A stretch of DNA of 64,000 nt from an uncultured Smithella sp. (GTDB lineage Bacteria; Desulfobacterota; Syntrophia; Syntrophales; Smithellaceae), in the NCBI GenBank assembly GCA_964632255.1, contig CAZWCA010000014.1:1148-65147 (forward strand), given 5' to 3'. Position numbers and translations under genes: made by a program. Shown one piece after another: positions 25,199 through 36,010 of this stretch (within the stretch, counting starts at the first letter, position 1; each line of letters begins with the position of its first letter). Below the pieces are notes generated by a model, which worked only from the letters and a program-made list of their open reading frames with translations, did no database searches and was not told where the DNA came from.

Positions 25199-28174
25199 TT
25201 GGTAAACAAGAAAGAAAAACTTGATGAATGTTCAATTTATAGATGTCTTATGCAAGTGGACAAGGCAATGAAATACTTCCACAAAATTGGGCAGGCATTA
25301 CGGGCCTTTCCGCACATATATTTCTTTACCAGTACCGCCCTGCTTATGTTATTTTGCATATTTGTCTGGATAGATATGCCTCAGGGGCTGTTTGCCGGCA
25401 CGGATGGCCGTCTATACAAGAATCTGATTTCGACTCAAATTCAGTTCTCCGAGTGGTTTTCATTAAACGCATTTAATCCGCTGCAAGGTATGGGTAATCA
25501 GATTATTCCCATGAATGTCTGGTTGCATCCGGCTTATCTGCCTTTCCATTTTTTCTCGGACGGCACAGCAGCGCTGATTTCTACAGCACTCTCCTGGCTG
25601 GCGTTAGTTACTTCGTGCTATTTTCTCTCTCGTAAATTGGGAATCGGCGAGGCGACATCCATCGTTGCTGCACAAATATCGACGGTGTTGTTTTTCCCGT
25701 TCCAATATGAATTCGATCAGCATATAAATTACCTGCTGAACCCCGGGGTCGCCCTCATTACGGCTCTGGTCATCACAGGCTTGACATTGATTGATCGCCT
25801 TGCTGATGATTTTTCTAAAGGTCGTCTTGGTGTTATTAACCTGTCATTACTGTTTGCAATAGCGGCGTTCGGGATTCTCGCTGACCCAATCTGGTTTGTT
25901 GTAAACTGCATTTTTTTTCTACCGTTTCTCGCCGAAAAAATATTTTCATCTTCAACACGCACCAGATGGTTGGTTCTGGGTTCACTAGCTTTGCTGGTGG
26001 TTATCTTTTATTTTTTGGGCGTAATTCAGTACATCCTCACTCTGTTTAGCTACACAGCAAGAACATTTGCCCCTGGTGAAGTATTTGGACATTCGCCAAG
26101 TGCCGGGAATGTCTCATCCATGTTCCTGACGAAATCGCGCCCTCTTTATCTTTTTCTCAGCATCGGCCTGATTTTCAGTATCGCCTTTGGCGGGAGGAAG
26201 CTGCGCATCCTTGCCTACTGTGCACTGGGCTATTTTGTGATGCTACTCACACTGGGTGCCGTCTATGTTGTCGCAAATACTTGGACTCTGCCCATCCCGG
26301 CATATGCTGAGTTCGCTGTAATGCCTGTTTGGCTTATCATTAGCTGTGCAGGTATTTTCATTGTTATTGATCGATCACTCAAGCAAGCTTCCTTCTTAAT
26401 TGAAGGTATAGGAGGTAGAGTAGTTGTTCTATCGCAATATATCAAATCCCATCAATTGCCGTGCAAAATCGGCGCTCGGCTACGGTCAGCAGCCCAATTA
26501 GTGGTGATTTTTGCCGTGCCTCTTACGGTTTTTTACTACTGTGCTATGGTCATGCCTGACCGTCACGGAATATATATAGAAGAAGTTGAGAAGGTGAATC
26601 CCCCTGGTGAGTTGCTTGCCTCTCTTGATAAATACGCCATCGGGAATGGTAAGCAATTTAATGGTTATGTTGCAAATTTAAATTCGCAGGGTGTGATCAA
26701 GAGAACTATCCATGATGGGGACATCATGAATGCATTGTGGCAAAGAAACATACCAACGATTAATGAGTACTCTCAGTTGATTACTCCATTCAGCCATTTC
26801 TTTTTCACCAGGCTGGCTGCTGGAAATAATTTTGGCGGTATAAACGGGACACCCATTTTCGAACCGAATAAAACCGTTCTGGAGCTTTTAGGAGTGTCTG
26901 CAATTGTTAGCAATAGTCCGCGAGAATTACCCGGATACAAATTAACGGATAGTTATAGAAGTGCCGCCGGCTGTTGGGACCTGTACCTGTATGAACGGTC
27001 TCGCCATTTTTCGCTCCTCAATCCAACAGTTTGGGAATACAAGGGATCGTTAAAAGAGATCTATGACGAAATCCGATCACCAAACTTTAATCCCCACAAG
27101 AGAGTATTGGTGCAGGAACCGCTGGAGTCCAAACTCGTCACGGCGCGCACCAGTAAGCTGGAGATTATCCGCGGCGGCTACCGTGTTTCGGCGGAGGCGG
27201 ATGATTCAAGATCATCGTTACTTATTTTACCTATACAATATTCGAATTGCATTACAGTCAAGAACAATTCCCCGCATCGTCCTGTTCGCCTGTTTCGTGC
27301 AAATGGTCTTCAAACGGGTGTGATTTTTCAAGGAGCTGTTACATTCGACCTCATGTATTCCCTGGCGATAAATTCCTCTGAATGCAAAAGACGAGACATC
27401 GAGGACTTGCGTTTTGCAGTGAAGGGTCTGCCGCCAAGACCCGTTACGATCAGACAACCTGATGCGCAAACGCAATTTAATTTAATCGAAGCTTCAGCAA
27501 CAATTAAGAAATTTTGGCATACTACACCGATTGCAGAGTGGCTTGCGCAAAAGCAAACCAGTTTTTCGTCCATTCCTGAGTATAAGTTTTCCGCGAACAC
27601 CCCGGCATGCCAAGCTTATGCAGACAATACTGACAGGTATACAGGGAACCCTTATCTGGAAAACTATGGGCCACCAGCATTCAGTAATACGAAGAATGAC
27701 ATGTCCTGGCTTCAGGCGCCGGCTGGGCAACGTAAGACTTTGAATATGTCAGAACCATTCCTCGGTTTCGGATGGGGGCCAATCGGACAACTTGCTCAAG
27801 GAAGCGTTCGACGGATCGCATTCGGACACAATGAGGGACTGATCCTGTTGCGTGTTGAAAAGGCAGCACGATACAAACTGCGGCTTTTCTATTCGAGGCA
27901 TATTCCCATACATGTGGCTTCTGCCCTGACAGTGTCATTTAATGGCGTGAAGGCAGATGTCATTTCATCCGGGCAGGACGGCGAACTCGCATGGTCGGAA
28001 TTCGTGCTGGGTGAACGCGCGACGAAAAGTTGCAACGGTTGGGTGGAGATTATGGTGTCTACGCGGGGCAATACTTCACGCCCGCCGGATAAGCATGGCA
28101 CCGAATGGACGGGCTTCCATTTTTTGTTGAAAAACATATCAGTAGTTCGCGAGAGTACGCAGCGTGCCATTTAA
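25199..28174 (+). CDS. large polytopic membrane protein with a ~500-aa C-terminal extracytoplasmic domain (GT-C/YfhO-like candidate)
   Basis: About 12 hydrophobic segments in the first ~450 aa, then a soluble domain. The track start is TTG; in-frame ATGs lie at 25250 and 25268. It sits next to a GtrB-like gene. Confidence 0.5.
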   Translation: MVNKKEKLDECSIYRCLMQVDKAMKYFHKIGQALRAFPHIYFFTSTALLMLFCIFVWIDMPQGLFAGTDGRLYKNLISTQIQFSEWFSLNAFNPLQGMGNQIIPMNVWLHPAYLPFHFFSDGTAALISTALSWLALVTSCYFLSRKLGIGEATSIVAAQISTVLFFPFQYEFDQHINYLLNPGVALITALVITGLTLIDRLADDFSKGRLGVINLSLLFAIAAFGILADPIWFVVNCIFFLPFLAEKIFSSSTRTRWLVLGSLALLVVIFYFLGVIQYILTLFSYTARTFAPGEVFGHSPSAGNVSSMFLTKSRPLYLFLSIGLIFSIAFGGRKLRILAYCALGYFVMLLTLGAVYVVANTWTLPIPAYAEFAVMPVWLIISCAGIFIVIDRSLKQASFLIEGIGGRVVVLSQYIKSHQLPCKIGARLRSAAQLVVIFAVPLTVFYYCAMVMPDRHGIYIEEVEKVNPPGELLASLDKYAIGNGKQFNGYVANLNSQGVIKRTIHDGDIMNALWQRNIPTINEYSQLITPFSHFFFTRLAAGNNFGGINGTPIFEPNKTVLELLGVSAIVSNSPRELPGYKLTDSYRSAAGCWDLYLYERSRHFSLLNPTVWEYKGSLKEIYDEIRSPNFNPHKRVLVQEPLESKLVTARTSKLEIIRGGYRVSAEADDSRSSLLILPIQYSNCITVKNNSPHRPVRLFRANGLQTGVIFQGAVTFDLMYSLAINSSECKRRDIEDLRFAVKGLPPRPVTIRQPDAQTQFNLIEASATIKKFWHTTPIAEWLAQKQTSFSSIPEYKFSANTPACQAYADNTDRYTGNPYLENYGPPAFSNTKNDMSWLQAPAGQRKTLNMSEPFLGFGWGPIGQLAQGSVRRIAFGHNEGLILLRVEKAARYKLRLFYSRHIPIHVASALTVSFNGVKADVISSGQDGELAWSEFVLGERATKSCNGWVEIMVSTRGNTSRPPDKHGTEWTGFHFLLKNISVVRESTQRAI

Positions 28175-28228
28175 CAATTTGGTGTGCTAAGGCGTTACTA
28201 ATGATGATTCGATAGAAAGGAAATAAGG

Positions 28229-29173
28229 ATGTTATCAATAATTATCCCAATTTTCAATGAAGAAGACAATTTGTACGCTTTATATGATCGGTTGATCAAT
28301 ACTCTCGATCAGTTACAGGACTCCTTTGAGATAATTCTTGTTAACGATGGAAGCTGCGATAAGTCGGAATTACTTTTAATGGAGCTCGCCAAACGAGACA
28401 AACGAGTGAAAATAGTTAATTTTCGGCGAAACCATGGGCAAACAGCAGCAATGATGGCTGGTATTGATTATGCCACCGGCGACATTATCATCCCGATGGA
28501 TGGCGACCTTCAAAACGATCCGGGCGATATTGGCCGACTTGTGGCCAAACTAGATGAAGGATTTGATGTCGTATCCGGTTGGAGAAAGGATAGAAAAGAC
28601 AGCAAGTGGCGCCGCAATCTACCAAGCAAGATTGCCAACAGCTTAATTTCAGAAATTTCAGGTGTGCATCTTAAAGACTTCGGCTGTTCTCTTAAGGCGT
28701 ATCGTAGTGATGTGGTTAAGGGGGTACGACTCTATGGAGAGATGCATCGATTCATTCCCATCTACGCTTCCTGGCAAGGAGGCCATGTTGCCGAGATTCC
28801 GGTTCAGCATCACCCGCGAGTGCATGGCAAGTCCAAGTATGGGCTGGAGCGCATAGCCAAGGTAATTCTCGACCTTATTGTAATCAAGTTCTTGGCTGAT
28901 TATGCCTCCAAACCAATTTATGTATTTGGAGGCTTTGGCGCATTGAGCATCCTGTTTTCCGGAGTTTCAGGTACTTACGCACTGTACCTTAAGTTGTTTC
29001 ACGGCATATCGTTCATACTGACGCCTTTGCCGCTACTCACTGTATTCACCTTTATTATGGGGGTCATGAGCATTCTTCTGGGATTGGTTGCCGAGATCAT
29101 CATGCGTACCTACTATGAATCTCAAGGCAAGCGTGCTTACCTGGTGAAAAACACTTTGAATTTTAGAGCTTGA
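28229..29173 (+). CDS. GT2 polyprenyl-phosphate glycosyltransferase (GtrB/ArnC/DPM1-like)
   Basis: LSIIIPIFNEE, NDGSCDKS and DGDLQNDP motifs, plus two C-terminal TM helices. Confidence 0.8.
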   Translation: MLSIIIPIFNEEDNLYALYDRLINTLDQLQDSFEIILVNDGSCDKSELLLMELAKRDKRVKIVNFRRNHGQTAAMMAGIDYATGDIIIPMDGDLQNDPGDIGRLVAKLDEGFDVVSGWRKDRKDSKWRRNLPSKIANSLISEISGVHLKDFGCSLKAYRSDVVKGVRLYGEMHRFIPIYASWQGGHVAEIPVQHHPRVHGKSKYGLERIAKVILDLIVIKFLADYASKPIYVFGGFGALSILFSGVSGTYALYLKLFHGISFILTPLPLLTVFTFIMGVMSILLGLVAEIIMRTYYESQGKRAYLVKNTLNFRA

Positions 29174-29175
29174 CT

Positions 29176-31038
29176 ATGTGCGGTATTACGGGCTTTGTCG
29201 GTGAAGGTGATATCCAGACCCTGTCTGGTATGACGGAGGTGCTTACACATCGTGGCCCTGATGGATTCGGTTATTTCCACTACCCTCAGGCCAATGCGTT
29301 TCTAGGCCACCGTAGGTTATCAATAATCGACATTGAAGGCGGACGCCAGCCGATGGCTAATGAAGATGGCATGGTCCAGGTTGTGTTCAATGGCGAAATA
29401 TACAACCACCGGGAACTTCGCGAAGAGCTGGTGGCCAAGGGGCATGTCTTTCGCACAGATCACTCGGATACCGAAGTTCTCGTGCATGGTTATGAAGAAT
29501 GGGAAAGCGACCTGCCGTTGCGATTAAATGGGATGTTTGCCTTCGCTGTCCTGGATATAGCAAAACAGAAGCTTATGCTTGCCCGTGACCGCTTTGGAGA
29601 AAAGCCTCTTTATTACTGCGTTCAACAAAACTTCTTTGCTTTTGCCTCTGAGTTGAAGGCGCTGCTGATACACCCAAGAATCAAGCGGGAAGTCAGCAAG
29701 ACCGCCATGATGAAATTGTTTGCACTTGGTTTCATTCCCGCGCCAAGTTCGATTATAGAAGCAATTACCAAAGTGCCTCCAGCTCATTTAGTAGTCCTTG
29801 ATTTACAAACATGGCGTGTCAATGTAAAGAGCTATTGGACATTTCATGTTGGCTCGGCCTCTTCGCCTGTTCTGCAATCCGATGAACTCGCTGAGCAGCT
29901 TCGTTACCTCATATCTCAGGCTGTCAAGCGGCGTCTGATGAGTGATGTCCCATTGGGTGTTTTTTTAAGTGGGGGTCTGGATTCAACCATTGTCTTATCT
30001 GCAGTCGCAGAGCATGCTCGAGACATTTATACATTTTCCATCGGCTTTAACGAACCATCTTTTGACGAATCCAGTTATGCACGGCTGGTTGCCGAATACT
30101 TTGGCACAAGACACTACACAGAAATTATCGACATGAATAAGGCCCGCGTGCTGCTTGACCAAGTTCTCGATAATCTTGACGAACCTATCGGTGATCCATC
30201 AATTCTACCTACATTTCTTCTGGCCCAATTTGCGCAAAGACGGGTAAAGGTTGCGCTCGGTGGTGATGGTGGGGATGAACTGTTTGCAGGATATGATCCG
30301 TTTCGTGCCCTCGCGCCCGCCAAACTCTACGCGCAATTAGTTCCCAAATGGATGCACAGCTCTGGAAGAGCTGTACTGCAGCATTTGCGGCCATCCGAGC
30401 GCAACATGAGTTGGGAATTTCGGCTTCAACGCACCCTGAGGGGGCTATCCTATCCGATTGAATTATGGAATGCGGTATGGCTCGGGCCAATGGCTCCGCT
30501 GGGTCTTTCTCATTTGTTTGGCGAATCTATCCGGATAGAAGAAGTTTACGAAGATGTCCTGCACCTTTGGGCACAATCCGGAAATAGCGAATTAGGAGAC
30601 AAGACATTGGAATTCTACTCTCGGCTCTATCTGCCAAACGACATTCTCACGAAAGTGGACCGGGCATCGATGATGGTGTCCCTTGAGGCAAGAGCACCGC
30701 TGCTCGATAACGATCTTGTCGATTTCGCTCGAAAGTTGCCGTTTCGTTACAAATTGTCGGGGCAGACGACCAAATACCTCATTAAATCTGCATACAAGAA
30801 CAAGATTCCAAATGAAGTAATTCGACGCCCAAAGAAAGGGTTCGGGATCCCCCTTGGAAAATGGTTGAGAGAATGGGATGATTTTTCATTCCTTGATTCC
30901 TTACCATTCGTAGACAGGGACTGGCTAAAGAGTTGCTGGGATGATCATAGAAAAGGGCTTGTTGATCATCGCCAACTTTTATGGTGTGCTATCAGTATTC
31001 ACAGCTTTCTGAAAGCCGGTAATCTGAAGATACATTGA
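29176..31038 (+). CDS. asnB: asparagine synthase (glutamine-hydrolysing) family amidotransferase
   Basis: The start was set so that Cys is residue 2 (MCGITGF). Contains the SGGLDS PP-loop. Confidence 0.85.
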   Translation: MCGITGFVGEGDIQTLSGMTEVLTHRGPDGFGYFHYPQANAFLGHRRLSIIDIEGGRQPMANEDGMVQVVFNGEIYNHRELREELVAKGHVFRTDHSDTEVLVHGYEEWESDLPLRLNGMFAFAVLDIAKQKLMLARDRFGEKPLYYCVQQNFFAFASELKALLIHPRIKREVSKTAMMKLFALGFIPAPSSIIEAITKVPPAHLVVLDLQTWRVNVKSYWTFHVGSASSPVLQSDELAEQLRYLISQAVKRRLMSDVPLGVFLSGGLDSTIVLSAVAEHARDIYTFSIGFNEPSFDESSYARLVAEYFGTRHYTEIIDMNKARVLLDQVLDNLDEPIGDPSILPTFLLAQFAQRRVKVALGGDGGDELFAGYDPFRALAPAKLYAQLVPKWMHSSGRAVLQHLRPSERNMSWEFRLQRTLRGLSYPIELWNAVWLGPMAPLGLSHLFGESIRIEEVYEDVLHLWAQSGNSELGDKTLEFYSRLYLPNDILTKVDRASMMVSLEARAPLLDNDLVDFARKLPFRYKLSGQTTKYLIKSAYKNKIPNEVIRRPKKGFGIPLGKWLREWDDFSFLDSLPFVDRDWLKSCWDDHRKGLVDHRQLLWCAISIHSFLKAGNLKIH

Positions 31039-31039
31039 C

Positions 31040-31786
31040 ATGGATGATGCAACGTACGCTGTCGAATGCAAGGTGGAGCGCACGCATTGGTGGTTTGTCG
31101 TCAGGCGTTACCTTTTGTGCTCCATTGTTAAAGAGTTTTCTATGCCGGAAAATGCCGCCATTTTGGATGTTGGAACCAGTACAGGAACCAATCTTCGCAT
31201 GCTCAAGGAAATGGGTTTCAAAAACTATCAAGGAATCGATATAAGCTCCGAGGCAATTAGTTGGTGCGCGAAAAAAGGGCTTGGGGTCGTTCGCCAAGGC
31301 AGTATTTGTGCAATTCCATTTCCCAATGAAAGCTTCGATCTGATTCTGGCGACAGACATTATCGAACATGTAGACGATGACTTGCAGGCGCTTAAGGAAT
31401 TGCGGCGCGTGCTGCGAAAAACAGGAAATCTGATCATTACTGTACCAGCTTATCCCTCTTTGTGGGGGCTTCAGGACGAGGTCGCACACCACAAGCGCCG
31501 TTACCGTCATGATGAGCTTTTATCAAGAATGATCGCTGCAGGACTTCTATCCCATTTATCGTTTCACTTCAATTTTTTGCTGTTTGTTCCCATTTGGCTG
31601 GCTCGGCGAATTATCCGGTTGTTTGGCATTAAGCTGAATAGCGAAAATCAAGTCAATACACCCATGTTAAATCGATTTTTAACCATGGTATTTACTATCG
31701 ACGTAAAGATAGCCCGATTGCTCAGACCGCCTTTTGGTGTTTCCATCCTGGTTATAGCCAATCCTTGCTGTCGAGATTACGATTAG
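31040..31786 (+). CDS. class I SAM-dependent methyltransferase with a C-terminal hydrophobic tail
   Basis: ILDVGTSTGTNL and DIIEHVDDD motifs. Hydrophobic segments follow residue 180. Confidence 0.75.
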   Translation: MDDATYAVECKVERTHWWFVVRRYLLCSIVKEFSMPENAAILDVGTSTGTNLRMLKEMGFKNYQGIDISSEAISWCAKKGLGVVRQGSICAIPFPNESFDLILATDIIEHVDDDLQALKELRRVLRKTGNLIITVPAYPSLWGLQDEVAHHKRRYRHDELLSRMIAAGLLSHLSFHFNFLLFVPIWLARRIIRLFGIKLNSENQVNTPMLNRFLTMVFTIDVKIARLLRPPFGVSILVIANPCCRDYD

Positions 31787-31788
31787 CG

Positions 31789-32730
31789 ATGATAAATTTT
31801 GATCCGCGCATGGCCGCAAAGTTGCGATGCCCAGTATCCCATTTGCCGTTATTGTATGATGGCCCCCGACGACTTGTTACTTTTAACGGGCAGTTCAGCT
31901 ATCATGTTACGAAGTCAGGCATACCCTTGTTCGCCGAACAATATTGTTCAAAGGATGCAAGACGACAACAGGAACATTATGACAAGGTTGCTGCAAAATA
32001 TATTGAAAACCTGCAATATCCCCATACTCAAGAATACATGAATTATCTGGATACGGTTTTTCGAGAAGTTATAACCCCGGCAGATTTAAGCGAGGCGGCG
32101 GAAATATGTTGCGGACGGGGAGAGTTGCTCGGTTTGTTTGGTGAGAATGCGGTAAAAGGGGTTGGAGTCGATATTTCGTCAACAATGCTTGAGGCAGGTA
32201 CACGGTTTCACAAGAATCCGGGTAACTTTATATTTATTCAGGGCGATGCGACCAAACTTCCCTTAGGCGATGAAGAGTTTTCCGGTGTCTTTATGTTGGG
32301 AGGAATTCATCATGTGATGGATAGGGAAGCCCTCTTTCGAGAAGCATTCAGAATCCTGCACCCCGGAGGTCATCTATATTGGCGAGAGCCGGTAAATGAT
32401 TTCTTTCTTTGGCGTTTGTTGCGGAAAGTAATTTATCGACTATCCCCGACGCTGGATTCGAAAACGGAACGCCCCTTAAGACTCGCTGAAACGCTTCTGC
32501 CTCTTGAACGTGCCGGGTTCCGTCTTAAATTATGGAAGACTTATGGTTTCTTGGGTTTTTGCTTTTTCATGAATAGCGACGTTCTTATGTTTAACAAGTT
32601 TTTCCGTTTTATTCCGGGTATTCGATCCATAACAAGAGTTGCCGTTTGCCTTGATGACTGGGTAACGAACATTCCAAGATTACGGTATGCAGGTTTACAA
32701 GTCATAGGGGTTGCAGAGAAACATAAATGA
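31789..32730 (+). CDS. SAM-dependent methyltransferase with a Trm112-like N-terminal segment
   Basis: LRCPVSHLPLLYD, then EICCGRGEL, VGVDIS and GDATKLPL motifs. Confidence 0.7.
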   Translation: MINFDPRMAAKLRCPVSHLPLLYDGPRRLVTFNGQFSYHVTKSGIPLFAEQYCSKDARRQQEHYDKVAAKYIENLQYPHTQEYMNYLDTVFREVITPADLSEAAEICCGRGELLGLFGENAVKGVGVDISSTMLEAGTRFHKNPGNFIFIQGDATKLPLGDEEFSGVFMLGGIHHVMDREALFREAFRILHPGGHLYWREPVNDFFLWRLLRKVIYRLSPTLDSKTERPLRLAETLLPLERAGFRLKLWKTYGFLGFCFFMNSDVLMFNKFFRFIPGIRSITRVAVCLDDWVTNIPRLRYAGLQVIGVAEKHK

Positions 32731-32839
32731 TCAATTCGTGACTGTTGCCGATTCGTGTTTGAATCATGATGGAGGTCAACTGGTGTGATAATCTTTTGAA
32801 TAGTTCATCTCTGGCAGTTATTAAAAAGGAATTTTCAAT

Positions 32840-33859
32840 ATGAAGAAGATGACTAAAATTTTAGTAACAGGTGCAGCAGGGTTCATAGGCTATCATCTTT
32901 CAAAACGTCTATTGCAGGATGGTTATATCGTCACTGGTCGCGATAATCTAACTGATTATTATGATGTTGATCTCAAGCAAGCGCGAATACAACAACTGGC
33001 GGAGTATAAGAATTTTACATTTATTAAAGAAGATATTGCAAATCGAAAGGAGATGGAAGAATTCTTCCGAAAAGATAGTTTTGATGTTGTCGTAAATTTG
33101 GCTGCTCAACCAGGCGTTCGCTACTCCTTGAAGAACCCTCATTCTTATATTGACAGCAATATTATCGGATTCACAAACATACTCGAAGGTTGCAGGCGAA
33201 ACAAAGTTAAGCATCTTGTCTTCGCATCATCAAGCTCGATTTACGGCATAAATTCCAAAATTCCATTTTCGGTGAGAGATAATGTTGATCATCCCGCATC
33301 GCTATATGCTGCCTCTAAAAAGGCAAATGAACTGATGGCACACACCTATGCCCATTTATATGGCCTACCCTGTACCGGGCTCAGGTTTTTTACGGTCTAT
33401 GGTCCCTGGGGCCGACCAGACATGGCTTACTTCTCATTCACTAAAGCCATTATGGAAGGGAAACCTATAGATGTGTTCAATTTTGGTAATATGGAACGAG
33501 ACTTTACCTATGTTGACGATATCGTTGAGGGCATTGTTCTTGTCATTGACAGGATTCCACAGGCGAATCCTGACTGGGACAGTGCAAACCCTGATCCGGG
33601 ATCAAGTTATGCACCTTATAAGTTGTACAACATCGGCAATAATAACCCCGTAAAACTGATACAATTTATCGAAGTACTGGAAACATGTCTCGGTAAGAAA
33701 GCCCGGAAAAACATGCTTCCAATGCAGTTGGGTGATGTACCGGTCACATATGCAGATGTTGACGATCTGATTAGAGATATAGGATTTAAACCGGCCACAT
33801 CTATCGAAGAAGGGATAAGAAAATTCGTTGAATGGTATCGTGAGTATTATCAAGTCTAA
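32840..33859 (+). CDS. NAD-dependent UDP-glucuronate 4-epimerase-like SDR
   Basis: [14 protein letters not shown] and YAASKKANE. Overall pattern (DNL.DYYDV.LK..R) resembles CapI/WbnF-type epimerases. Confidence 0.75.
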   Translation: MKKMTKILVTGAAGFIGYHLSKRLLQDGYIVTGRDNLTDYYDVDLKQARIQQLAEYKNFTFIKEDIANRKEMEEFFRKDSFDVVVNLAAQPGVRYSLKNPHSYIDSNIIGFTNILEGCRRNKVKHLVFASSSSIYGINSKIPFSVRDNVDHPASLYAASKKANELMAHTYAHLYGLPCTGLRFFTVYGPWGRPDMAYFSFTKAIMEGKPIDVFNFGNMERDFTYVDDIVEGIVLVIDRIPQANPDWDSANPDPGSSYAPYKLYNIGNNNPVKLIQFIEVLETCLGKKARKNMLPMQLGDVPVTYADVDDLIRDIGFKPATSIEEGIRKFVEWYREYYQV

Positions 33860-34050
33860 GGACAATGCTTATGCAAACAATGATGCCGAAAAAAGAAATA
33901 AATTTTTCACATTTTCCGGCGACCTTGAGGTGAAATTAACCATAAATGCTCAGAGGAGAGAAAAAGTGTCAGCACTATCCCGGATTAGCTGTCTTCCACT
34001 ATGAAAAAGGTTCTGAGCAATATGGTCTGTTTTAAAGGAAAGTAAGTCGT

Positions 34051-35193
34051 ATGGGGATTTCATTAGGAATGATCGAGAGGATGCATGGACTTGGTCTTTT
34101 TGGCCAGGGCGGAATTTCAATTCTTGATGTGGGATCATCAAATCTATATTCGGCATCGCCTGCCGGAATCATCGCCTTTTTATCCAGCTTTGGAATTGCG
34201 ATGACTACAGAGCTGGAAAGTTTTGCTGCACGACTGGCCCAGGGATCGGCATATAATCCGGTGGACGGCGGTGCCAACGGAGCTTTCGTCGGAGAGTTAT
34301 TTGAAAAGGCAGGCTTTCGCTATAATGCTATAGATATTGCCGATGGCTACCGGACGACTATCCTTGATTTGAACCATGAATCTGCCCCGCAGGAATTTGT
34401 CGACACATTTGATTTAATCCTCAATTTCGGCACTACTGAACATCTTCTCAATCAATATAACGCTTTCAAGGTTATACATGACTCTACTAAAGTTGGTGGC
34501 TATATTGTTAACTCGCTGCCATGTGTAGGATATTCCGATCATGGTTATTTCACCTATACTCCTCGCTGCCTGTTTGATCTTGCTGGATACAATGAATATG
34601 AACTCGTTGGTTTCTGGTTTGAAGGCCCCGGTAGAAATAATGATCTGTATTCACCATTAAGGAACTATCAATCTTACTTCCCCGTACTATCAACTGCTCT
34701 TGACGAACGAGAAATTACCGAAGCGGGCAAAACGGTAAGCACACTTAATATCCCTGATATCGGCTTACTCATGATTTGCAGGAAAGTTAAAGCGCGACCT
34801 TTCATGGGTGCTTTGGAATGTAGCACATCAGTGGGAATTGTACCACAATCCGTGACTTCTGGATATGAGGCCGGGCAAACTTCATTGCGAGTAGACAATA
34901 GCCGGCAGCTTGCTCATGATGAAGCGCCATCGGCAATTTCCGATCAGATAGATTGGCATGATGAATTCCTGCTGTCCGATGTTGCAGACAAGCTCCGTAG
35001 AAAATTTGTATCGGGGAAAATGGGGCTTGAGGAAAGCCTGGCATTTTACAATATAATTGTCGAAACTTATGGTTCATTTCCTTTAGACTGGGAATATCGA
35101 ATCTTACTGCTGGCACTTGAAAGAGAGCCGGAACGGCCTGATTTGGTGCAGCGCATGGCTTTGGTCAGCAAGGTAATGTCACGGAGATGCTGA
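34051..35193 (+). CDS. atypical methyltransferase-fold protein (paralogue of 41413-42252) with a C-terminal helical module
   Basis: ILDVGSSNL...FDLILNFGTTEHLLNQYNAFKVIH aligns with the 41413 ORF. The C-terminal ~70 aa align with the N-terminus of the 36178 ORF. Confidence 0.6.
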   Translation: MGISLGMIERMHGLGLFGQGGISILDVGSSNLYSASPAGIIAFLSSFGIAMTTELESFAARLAQGSAYNPVDGGANGAFVGELFEKAGFRYNAIDIADGYRTTILDLNHESAPQEFVDTFDLILNFGTTEHLLNQYNAFKVIHDSTKVGGYIVNSLPCVGYSDHGYFTYTPRCLFDLAGYNEYELVGFWFEGPGRNNDLYSPLRNYQSYFPVLSTALDEREITEAGKTVSTLNIPDIGLLMICRKVKARPFMGALECSTSVGIVPQSVTSGYEAGQTSLRVDNSRQLAHDEAPSAISDQIDWHDEFLLSDVADKLRRKFVSGKMGLEESLAFYNIIVETYGSFPLDWEYRILLLALEREPERPDLVQRMALVSKVMSRRC

Positions 35194-35294
35194 CGAGCTC
35201 AGTGTTATCAATAACGCTGCTGGAATCCGGCATTTGATGCGCATAGATATTGGATACCGGCAGAGCATACATAATAATCAATTTCGGAAAAAAT

Positions 35295-35996
35295 ATGACA
35301 GGAAAAAAGAATGATGGTTTGAAGGAGAGGACTCGCGAACCTCAATATCAGGAATGCATCGATGCGATGACCTCTCGCGGGTTTGAGCGGCTTGGATTAC
35401 GAAGCAGTCAGAGTTGGCATGATGACCCCAAGCATCTGTTATTCAGACTTGCGCGTTACAAGTTTGTAGCAAAGATGCTGTCAGGCAGCGAGCATGTGCT
35501 GGAAATTGGCTGTGGCGACGCCTTCGGAACTCGATTAGTCCAACAGGAGGTGAAATTACTTAGCGCCACAGACTTTGATCCTGTCTTTATCACGGATGTT
35601 GAGGAAAGGATGGTCGATCGGTGGTGCTTTCCTGTTTTTACCCACGATTTACTCGACGGCCCGATTTTAGGTAACTTTGATGGTATTTTCTTCCTCGATG
35701 TGCTGGAGCACATTGACCCGGAAAATGAACATATGTTTATAACAAATGCTATTGCGCCGCTTTCAGTCCATGGAGTTGTAATTGTTGGTATGCCTTCACT
35801 GGAAAGCCAGATCTGTGCATCTCCAACAAGCAAGGCAGGTCATGTTAATTGCAAGAGCATGCCTGCATTTAAAAAAACTATGAAGGAATTTTTTCATAAT
35901 GTTTTCATGTTCTCTATGAACGACGAGGTTGTACATACAGGCTACTACCCCATGGCGCATTATCTTTTTGCGGTATGTACAGGCAAAAGAAAATAA
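35295..35996 (+). CDS. class I SAM-dependent methyltransferase
   Basis: VLEIGCGDAFG and FLDVLEHIDPE motifs. The start was set at the first ATG (the track start is TTG at 35250). Confidence 0.7.
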   Translation: MTGKKNDGLKERTREPQYQECIDAMTSRGFERLGLRSSQSWHDDPKHLLFRLARYKFVAKMLSGSEHVLEIGCGDAFGTRLVQQEVKLLSATDFDPVFITDVEERMVDRWCFPVFTHDLLDGPILGNFDGIFFLDVLEHIDPENEHMFITNAIAPLSVHGVVIVGMPSLESQICASPTSKAGHVNCKSMPAFKKTMKEFFHNVFMFSMNDEVVHTGYYPMAHYLFAVCTGKRK

Positions 35997-36010
35997 AAAA
36001 TCATTATTGT

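Noticed and set aside
30992-31510. 172-aa minus-strand ORF
   Set aside because: It is antisense to the asnB 3' end and to the 31040 methyltransferase, both of which have clear motifs. Its composition is not protein-like.
35456-35833. 125-aa minus-strand ORF
   Set aside because: It is antisense to the 35295 methyltransferase gene, which has a canonical motif I.
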